Below are positions 23,249 through 33,200 of a stretch of DNA of 34,582 nt, in pieces. Within the stretch, counting starts at the first letter, position 1; every line of letters begins with the position of its first letter. The notes under the pieces are model-generated. The model was not told where the DNA came from. It made no database searches and was given only the letters and a program-made list of their open reading frames with translations. The stretch comes from Octopus sinensis (Eukaryota), in the NCBI RefSeq assembly GCF_006345805.1, contig NW_021831696.1, positions 1 to 34,582 on the forward strand. The letters run 5' to 3'. The position numbers and the translations under genes are program-made.

Positions 23249-25768
23249 AATGATAAACCTTTCTGTTATAGGCACAAGGCCTGAAATTGAAGGGAGGGGG
23301 CATAGTCGATTATATCAACCACAGTACTCAACTGGTACTTAATTAATTGACCCCAGAAGGATGAACGGTAAAGTTGACCTCAGCGAAATATGGAACTCAG
23401 AATGTAGCGACAGGCAAAATACCGCTAAGCATTTCGTCCAGCATGCTAACAATCCTGATGGTGGTGGTGGTGGTGGCAGTGGAGGTGGCAGCAGCGGTGG
23501 TGGTTTTAGTGATGGTTGTGGCAGTGGAGGTGATGGTTTTAGTGGTGGTGGTGGTGGTGGTGGTTTTGGTAGTGGTGGTGGTGGTGGTTTTAGTGGTGGT
23601 GGTGGTGGTGGTGGTTTTAGAGGTGGTGATGGTTTTAGTGGTGGTGGTGGTGGTGGTGGTTTTAGTGGTGGTAATGGTTTTAGTGGTGGTGGTGGTTTTA
23701 GTGGTGGTGATGGCTTTAGCGGTGGTGGTTTTGGTGGTGGTGGTGGTGGTTTTAGTGGTGGTGATGGTTTTAGTGGTGGTGGTTTTGGTGGTGGTGGTGG
23801 TGGTGGTTTTAGTGGTGGTGGTTTTGGTGGTGGTGGTGATGGCTTTAGTGGTGGTGGTTTTGGTGGTGGTGGTGGTTTTGATGGTGGTGATGGTTTTAGT
23901 GGTGGTGGTGGTGGTGGTGGCTTTAGTGGTGGTGATGGCTTTAGTGGTGGTGGTTTTGGTGGTGGTGATGGTTTTAGTGGTGGTGGTTTTGGTGGTGGTG
24001 ATGGTTTTAGTGGTGGTGGTTTTGGTGGTGGTGATGGTTTTAGTGGTGGTGGTTTTGGTGGTGGTGATGGTTTTAGTGGTGGTAGTTTTGGTGGTGGTGG
24101 TGGTGTTGGTTTTGGTAGTAGTGGTGGTGTTGATGGTTGTGGCAGTGGAGGTGGCGGCGGTGTTGGTAGTTGTGGTGGTGGTTTTGGTGGTGGTGGTGAT
24201 GGTGGTGGTGGTTCAATGCCTTCACTCTAACTGCCACTATATACATATAATTATGCAATCATTGTAACATAAACTGCAATCAATCCTGATGATCAAATGT
24301 AAAATCTGAAAATGAAAAATTTTTGTTTTCTTCTTTTTCAGGTTCAACAAGAACAGAAATATACAAAATTACTCAAAATGGTAAATAGATTGACAACCTT
24401 TTTTCCCTCTTTTATACTAGACCCTATCTTTTCAATTCTGCCTTCTATTTCATTCTCTTAAATCATAGTTTTTAACCATTTTTTAAAACCTTTCTCTGAT
24501 CAGCTCAAGTTAAGTTAAGTTAAGTTAAGTTAATTATTTGGCTCAAAAAGCAAAAAGCAAGACCATGTAGGGGGACATGGAGTTAAGTACAGGGAGGGTG
24601 TTCATGCAAAGAGTTCAGGCCATTTCTGGTCAAGGGAGACTTTGAACCGAGCAGTCGTCGGCATCTTCACTATCTCGTCCGGCAGCTTATTCCACGGATC
24701 CGCAACCCGGACGGAGAAAGCCCCTCTATAGAGAATAATGGTCAAGCGTCTTACCACACAGCCACCCCTATGCCTATATTTATATTTAGAAGGTCATTTG
24801 TTATGGTCATTTACCATCAGTCTTGCATTTATAAAGCGCTTAGCTGTACAGGTTAGTTAAGTTAAGTTGAGTTAATTTTTTGGCTCAAAAAGCAAAAAGC
24901 AAGGCCATGTAGAGGGACATGGAGTTATGTACAGGGAGGGTGTTCATGCAAAGAGTTCAGGCCATTTGTGGTCAAGAGAGACTTTGAACCGAGCGGTCGT
25001 CGGCATCTTCACTATCTCGTCCGGCAGCTTATTCCACGGATCCGCAACCCGGACAGAGAAAGCCCCTCTCTTTCGATTGAGATGAAATCGTTGTAGATAG
25101 AGCTTTATATATATATATATATATTCAATTCAATTCAATTCAATTTTTATTGGCTCAAAAAGCAAAAGCAAGGCCATGTAGGGGGACATGGAGTTATGTA
25201 CAGGAAGAGTGTTCATGCAAAGAGTTCAGGCCATTTCTGGTCCAGAGAGACCTTGAACTGAGCGGTTGTCGGCATCTTCACTATCTCGTCCAGCAGCTTA
25301 TTCCACGGATCCGCAATCCAGACGGAGAAAGCCCCTCTCCTTCGATTGAGATGAAATCGTCACACATAGAGCTTTTCAGAATGACCCCGCAGCCTACGCT
25401 CTGGAACAGGAGTGAAGAACAGCTCTTTTGAGAGGTTACACTTTCTGCTTATGATGTTTCCTTTGGAGATCATAAAAAATAACCATCACCATTTAATGGC
25501 CTCGATGCCAGCGCCGCCTTGACTGGCTTTTGTGCCGGTGGCATGTAAAAAGCACCAATCTGATCATGGCCATTGCCAGCCTCACCTTGCACCTGTGCCG
25601 GTGGCACGTAAAAAGCACCCACTACACTCTCGGAGTGGTTGGCATTAGGAAGGGCATCCAGCTGTAGAAACACTGCCTGATCAGACTGGAGTGTGGTGCA
25701 GCCTCCTGGCTTCCCAGATCCCCGTCGACCCGTCCAACCCATGCTAGCATGGAGAACGGACGTTAAAC

Positions 25769-25826
<58 letters not shown>

Positions 25827-26308
25827 CTGGCATCAGTTGGATAATTATTAAGGATCCATCTAATTCTGTTTTTAATTAATTGGGCTTTAACTCTCTCTGT
25901 AACTTTCTTGACCTGTTCCACTGGGTTGAAGGCATCTCCTTTACACTTGTAACATCTGACTACAATGCTGCTACACCAGTTGTTAATGTGACACCTTTCT
26001 GTTCAGCTTGGTTTACAGTGACGAGGTTGTATCTTACTTGGCAAAATCCTAGTAAACAAAAGGCCCATTTATATGGTGTCCTTTATTTCCAGTTCACTTG
26101 GTAAAACATGTCTAGGCACCTTGTTACTCAATAGACTGACATATTAGGTGCAGAAGTGGCTGTGTGGTAAGTAGCTTGCTAACCAACCTCATGGTTCTGG
26201 GTTCAGTCCCACTGCGTGGCATCTTGGGCAAGTGTCTTCTGCTATAGCCCCGGGCCAACCAATGCCTTGTGAGTGGATTTGGTAGATGGAAACTGAAAGA
26301 AGCCTGTC

Positions 26309-26343
<35 letters not shown>

Positions 26344-27331
26344 GGCATAGGAGTGGCTGTGTGGTAAGTAGCTTGCTAACCAACCTCATGGTTCCGGGTT
26401 CAGTCCCACTGTGTGGCATCTTGGGCAAGTGTCTTCTGCTATAGCCTCGGGCCGACCAAAGCCTTGTAAGTGGATTTGGTAGACGGAAACTGAAAGAAGC
26501 CTGTCGTATATATGTGTATATATATATATATATGTATGTGTGTGTTTGTGTGTCTGTGTTTGTCCCCCTAGCATTGCTTGACAACCGATGCTGGTGTGTT
26601 TATGTCCCCGTTACTTAGCGGTTTGGCAAAGGAGACCGATAGAATAAGTACTGGGCTTACAAAAGAATAAGTCCCGGGGTTGAGTTGCTCGATTAAAGGC
26701 GGTGCTCCAGCATGGCCGCAGTCAAAATGACTGAAACAAGTAAAAGAGTACAAAGAGTATTAGGACCAGAAGAGTGTCCAGTTATGCACAAAGAAAACTC
26801 TGCTCCCAAGCAAGGAAAAGTAGGTGTTAAAATGGCAATGATGATGAAATCTTTCATATGGAAAACCAATCAATAATATTGATTTGTCTTTTTATTTCAG
26901 GACCAGTTGCATTAGGGGGCAGTGTTACACTTCATATTGAAGTAGCCGGGATGAAAAGAATTGTTGGCTGGAAAAACGACTATGGAAGATATGAATGTGA
27001 TATGACTTGTTATAATCGTAGTAACCATGAAGTTACACAAAATGGTAACTCATCGAAGCTTTTGATCCGAAATGTCACCAAACAAGATTTGACTTGGTAT
27101 TTTTGTGACTTGAATCTCTGCTCTGGAAATTATTCCTTAAAGATAAAAGGTAAGTGAATTACTTTTGCTAATAATAATAATAATAATAACGATAATGATA
27201 ATAATAATAATAATGATAATGATGATAATAATGATAATGATAATGATGATAATAATAATAATAATGATAATAATAATAATATAATAATAATAATAATGAT
27301 GATAATAATAATGATAATGATAATAATAATG

Positions 27332-27379
<48 letters not shown>

Positions 27380-27413
27380 TAATAATAATATAATAATGAT
27401 GATGATGATGATG

Positions 27414-27445
<32 letters not shown>

Positions 27446-27464
27446 GATAATGATAATAATAATA

Positions 27465-27555
<91 letters not shown>

Positions 27556-29237
27556 TAATAATAATAATAATAATAATGATGATAATGATGATAATAATAA
27601 TGATGATGATAATAATGATAATCATCATCATCATCATCGTCGTTTAACGTCCGTTCTCCATGCTAGCATGGGTTGGACGGTTCGACCGGGGTTCTGGGAA
27701 GCCAGAAGGCTGCACCAGGCTCCAGTCTAATTTGGCAATGTTTCTACAGCTGGATGCCCTTCCTAACGCCAACCACTCCGTGAGTGTAGTGGGTGCTTTT
27801 TACGTGCCACCTGCACAGGTGCCAGGCGGGGCTGGCAACGGCCACGGTCAGATTGGTGTATTTTATGTCCCACTGGCACGGAAGCCAGTCGAGGCGGTGC
27901 TGGCATCGGCCACGAGTCGGATAGTGCTTTTTACGTACCACCAGACCAGGGATCCTGGCTGGTTCAATTCGATTTCGATTTCGCTTGCCCCAACATGTCT
28001 TCACAAGCAAAGGGGGTTGGCAAGGGTGCCTGTCGTACGGTCGCATTGGAGTATTTTACGTGCCACGGCCACGAGTCGGATAGTGCTTTACGTACCACCA
28101 GACCAGGGATCCTGGCTGGTTCAATTCGATTTCGATTTCGCTTGCCCCAAATGTCTTCACAAGCAAAGGGGGTTGGCATGGGTGCCTGTCGTACGGTCGC
28201 ATTGGAGTATTTTACGTGCCACGGCCCCGAGTCGGATAGTGCTTTTTACGTACCACCAGGCCAGGGATCCTGGCTGGTTCAATTCGGTTTCGATTTCGCT
28301 TGCCCCAACATGTCTTCGCAAGCATGGGGGGTTGGGATGGGTGTCTGTCGTCGGATGAGGTTCTATATCGACTTCGCTTGCCTCAACCGGTCTTTGTGTC
28401 CAAGGGAGGAAAGGCATTCATAAGTGGGCTGGGCTCACTTGTCCTGCCTGGTCTTCTCACGTACAGAATATTTCCAAAGGTCTCGGTCTCTGGTCATTTC
28501 CTCAGTGAGGCCTAAAGTTCGAAGGTCGTGCTTCACCACCTCGTCCCAGGTTTTCCTGGGTCTACCTCTTCCACGGGTTCCCTCAACTGCTAGGGATTGG
28601 CACTTTCTCACACACCTATCTTCATCCATTCTCGCCACATGACCATACCAGCGCAATCGTCTCTCTTGCACACCACAACTGATGCTTCTTAGGTACAACA
28701 TTTCTCTCAAGGTGCTAACGCTCTGTCGAGTATGTACACTGACATTACACATCCATCGGAGCATACTGGCTTCATTCCTCACGAGCTTACGCATGTCCTC
28801 AGCAGTCACAGCCCATGTTTCGCTACCATGTAGCATGGCTGTTCGTACACACGCATCATACAGTCTGCCTTTTACTCTGAGCGAGAGGCCTAGTCACCAG
28901 CAGCAGAGGTAAGAGCTCCCTAAACTTTGCCCAGGCTATTCTATTCTAGCAGTTACACTTTCAGCGCACCACCCCCATACTGACTTGGTCACCTAGATAA
29001 CGGAAGCTATCAACTACTTCTAGTTTTTCCCCCTGGAAAGTGACGGAAGTTGTTTTCTGCAGATTTTCGGAGGTTAATGCTCCCGAGCATCTGCCACATA
29101 CAAAAACTATCTTCCCAGTTAGCCTACTTTGACTTGGCTGCCCTCTTATGTGTCCATAGCTTACACTGGGTACATCTTATAGAGTTTCTACCTACACCTT
29201 TTACAGATCGAGCAGGGCCATAGAAAAGGTGTAGGTA

Positions 29238-29268
<31 letters not shown>

Positions 29269-30006
29269 TAACAATAATAATGATATAATATAATAATAAT
29301 TATATAATAATAATAATATAATTAATAATAATAATAATAATGATATTAATAATATTTAATGGTTGAATGATATTCCGACAGCAAGCCTCTCTTTGTCAAG
29401 TTCAAAGTAAAAGTGATAGAAATTCATATCTAAAGTATGAAAAAGCTCAAGCAGTGTCCATATGTTGATGGAATGACAGCATGAGTCTTTAAGTTCCGAT
29501 TTTATAATTGGTGAAGAGAAAAAGACAGTAAAATAGAGAGTAAAAAAGAGGAAAGAAAAAAGGAAAAGGTAAAAGGAAAATGATATTTAACCAAATAGTT
29601 TTGTGTAAATTTAATGACATTCTCCTATTATTTTATTCAATCCTCCAGGGCATGTTGTTAATTATTTCTCCTCGTGCATTTTGAGTATAGAAAGTGAAGC
29701 AGATTCTGAACATTGTCTGAGGGTATGCACTTTCAAGTCTTCTTCAAAATTGCAGCCGTTTTTAAACAAAATGTTCTGCAAATTCTGTTGAACTACTATT
29801 CTGAGTTCCAAATTTCGCTGAGGTCAACTTTGCCGTTCATCTTTCTGGGGTCAATGAATTAAGTACCAGTTGAGTACTGTGTTTGATATAATCGACTGTG
29901 CCCCCTCCCTCCAATTTCAGGCCTTGTGCCTATAACAGAAAGGTTTATCATTATTATTATTATTATCATTAATATTATATTATTATTATTATTTTATTAT
30001 TATTAT

Positions 30007-30055
<49 letters not shown>

Positions 30056-30194
30056 TATTTTTATTATTATTTTATTATATAATTATTATCATTATTATAT
30101 TATTATTATCATCATTAATTATTATGAATTATATTATTATTATTATTATATTATCATGAATATTAGAATTATTATTATTATTATATTATTATTA

Positions 30195-30227
<33 letters not shown>

Positions 30228-33200
30228 TATTATCATTAATTATTATGAATTATTATTATTATTATTAGTTTATTATTATTATTATCATTAAATTATGAAT
30301 TATTATTATATATTATTATATTATTATTATTATTATTATTATTATCATTAATTATTATGAATTATTATTATTATTATTGTTATTATCATTATTATTATTA
30401 TTATTATTATCATTAATTATTATGAATTATTATTATTATTATTATATTATTATTATTATTATTATTATTATTATCATTAATTATTTGAATTACTGTGCCT
30501 GACGTCAAATCTGCGCCCATTAAACCTTTTGTTTAATTGTTCTGTTGGACAACCAACATAAATCAAGCATGTTTCATACATTCTGCTGCATACACCAAAT
30601 GGGAATCTCTCCATGTCCCACTTATATTATATTCGTAACACTAGCTAAATTAAGTTAAGTTAATTTTTGGGCTCAAAAAGCAAAAAGCAAGGTCATGTAG
30701 GGGGACATGGAGTTATGTACAGGGAGGGTGTTCATGCAAAGAGTTCAGGCCATTTCTGGTCAAGAGAGACTTTGAACCGAGCGGTCATCAGCATCTTCAC
30801 TATCTCGTCCGGCAGCTTATGCCATGGATCCGCAACCCGGACGGAGAAAGCCCCTCTCCTTTGATTGAGATGAAATCGTTGCAGATAGAGCTTTATATAA
30901 ATATATATTCTATTCAATTCAATTTTTATTGGCTCAATAAGCAAAAGCAAGGCCATGTAAGGGGACATGGAGTTATGTACAGGGAGGGTGTTCATGCAAA
31001 GAGTTCAGACCATTTCTGGTCAAGAGAGACTTTGAACTGAGCGGTCGTCGGCATCTTCACTATCTCGTCCGGCAGCTTATTCCACGGATCCGCAACCCGG
31101 ACGGAGAAAGCCCCTCTCCTTCGATTGAGATGAAATCGTCGTAGATAGAGCTTTTCGGAGTGACCCCGCAGCCGACGATCTGAATGATAACTAAGTTATT
31201 TTACTAATTCTTTGTTATATTTAAAGTAATTGAAAGAAACAACAGAGCATCTCAACAGAAATATGGTAACGAAAGGGTTAAATTATATAATAGAGAAACA
31301 ATTCTTAACCCTTTTGATACCAACCCGGCTGAAACCACCTTTGGCTCTGTGGTACAAATGTCTTGTTTTCATAAGTTCTGAATTAAAATCTTCCACCAAA
31401 CCTTAGTCACAATTTATGTTCCTAACACTAGCTTAATGATAACCAAGTTATTTTTCTAAATTCTTTGTTATATTTAAAGTAATTGAAAGAAACACAGAGC
31501 ATCTCAACAGAAATATGGCAACGAAAGGGTTAAAATATATAATAGAGAAACAATTCTTAACCCTTTCATTACCAACCCGGCTGAAACCACCTTTGGCTCT
31601 GTGGTACAAATGTCTTGTTTTCATAAGTTCTGAATTAAAATCTTCCACCAAACCTTAGTCACATTTTATGTTCCTAAAACTAGCTTAATGGTAACTAAGT
31701 TATTTTACTAAATTCTTTGTTATATTTATAATTAATTGAAAGAAACACAGAGCATCTCAACAGAAATATGGTAACAAAAGGGTTAAAATATATAATAGAG
31801 AAACAATTCTTAACCCTTTCATTACCAACCCGGCTGAAACCACCTCTGGCTCTGAGTACAAATGTCTTGTTTTCATAAGTTCTGAATTAAAATCTTCCAC
31901 CAAACCTTAGTCACAATTTATGTTCCTAACACTAGCTTAATGATAACTAAGTTATTTTACTAAATTCTTTGTTATATTTAAAGTAATTGAAAGAAACACA
32001 GAGCATCTCAACAGAAATATGGTAACAAAAGGGTTAAATTATATAATAGAGAAACAATTCTTAACCCTTTTGATACCAACCCGGCTGAAACCACCTCTGG
32101 CTCTGAGTACAAATGTCTTGTTTTCATAAGTTCTGAATTAAAATCTTCCACCAAACCTTAGTCACAATTTATGTTCCTAACACTAGCTGAATGATAACCA
32201 AGTTATTTTACTAAATTCTTTGTTATATTTAAAGTAATTGAAAGAAACACAGAGCGTCTCAAAATAAATACAGTAACGAAAGGGTTAATAAAGAAATCTG
32301 TCTTTTATTAAAAAAACGAAAGGTACATGTTTCATTGTTTATCTTTTGCAGATCAAACAACTAATGGACCAAGACCCCGCATACCAGTCTATGCTGTTGT
32401 TATCCTTTCCCTACTTGGATTTGTAGTCATCCTTCTCATAATCTGCTTCTTCATATACAGATACAACCCTTGCAACATGAGGGAAACTTTTGTCACCTAC
32501 TACACATCTTGTATAGAACACCGGAGACATAGGAATGTTATATATAGACCACCAAAGACATAAGAATGTTATATATATATATATAGTGGAGGCGCAATGG
32601 CCCAGTGGTTAGGGCAGCGGACTCGCGGTCGTAGGATCGCGGTTTCGATTCCCAGACCGGGCGTTGTGAGTGTTTATTGAGCGAAAACACCTAAAAGCTC
32701 CACGAGGCTCCGGCAGGGGATGGTGGTGATCCCTGCTGTACTCTTTCACCACAAACTTTCTCTCACTCTTACTTCCTGTTTCTGTTGTACCTGTATTTCA
32801 AGGGGCCAGCCTTGTCACTCTCTGTGTCACGCTGAATATCCCCGAGAACTACGTTAAGGGTACACGTGTCTGTGGAGTGCTCAGCCACTTGCAGGTTAAT
32901 TCCACGAGCAAGCTGTTCCGTTGATCGTATCAGCTGGGACCCTCATCATCGTAACCGATGGATTACAGAGAAAAAAATGAGCGATAACATCTAAAAGCTC
33001 CACGAGGCTCCGGCAGGGGATGGTGGTGATCCCTGCTGTACTCTTTCACCACAAACTTCTCTCACTCTTACTTCCTGTTTCTGTTGTACCTGTATTTCAA
33101 GGGGCCAGCCTTGTCACTCTCTGTGTCACGCTGAATATCCCCGAGAACTACGTTAAGGTACACGTGTCTGTGGAGTGCTCAGCCACTTGCAGGTTAATTC

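Noticed and set aside
23361-24267. 289-aa Gly-rich ORF (and 297-aa Val-rich frame) as a structural-protein gene or alternative exon
   Set aside because: The ATG lies inside a SINE remnant, and the repeat is stop-free in several frames by composition. The nearest acceptor (tttcgtccag, 23441) gives an immediate stop in the phase-1 frame of the host gene.
29649-29790. Possible extra stalk exon after tcctccag (GHVVNYFSSCILSIE...)
   Set aside because: The only good donor (AGG|gtatgc) is phase 0 and would frameshift the TM exon, otherwise the frame hits TGA. Most of it belongs to duplicated block C.
30665-30900. A fourth Ig-like exon after block C, by analogy with block A preceding Ig exon 2
   Set aside because: After ...cattaaacct the sequence diverges into unrelated DNA and CR1 fragments. 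No tttatttcag acceptor or domain-like frame follows.
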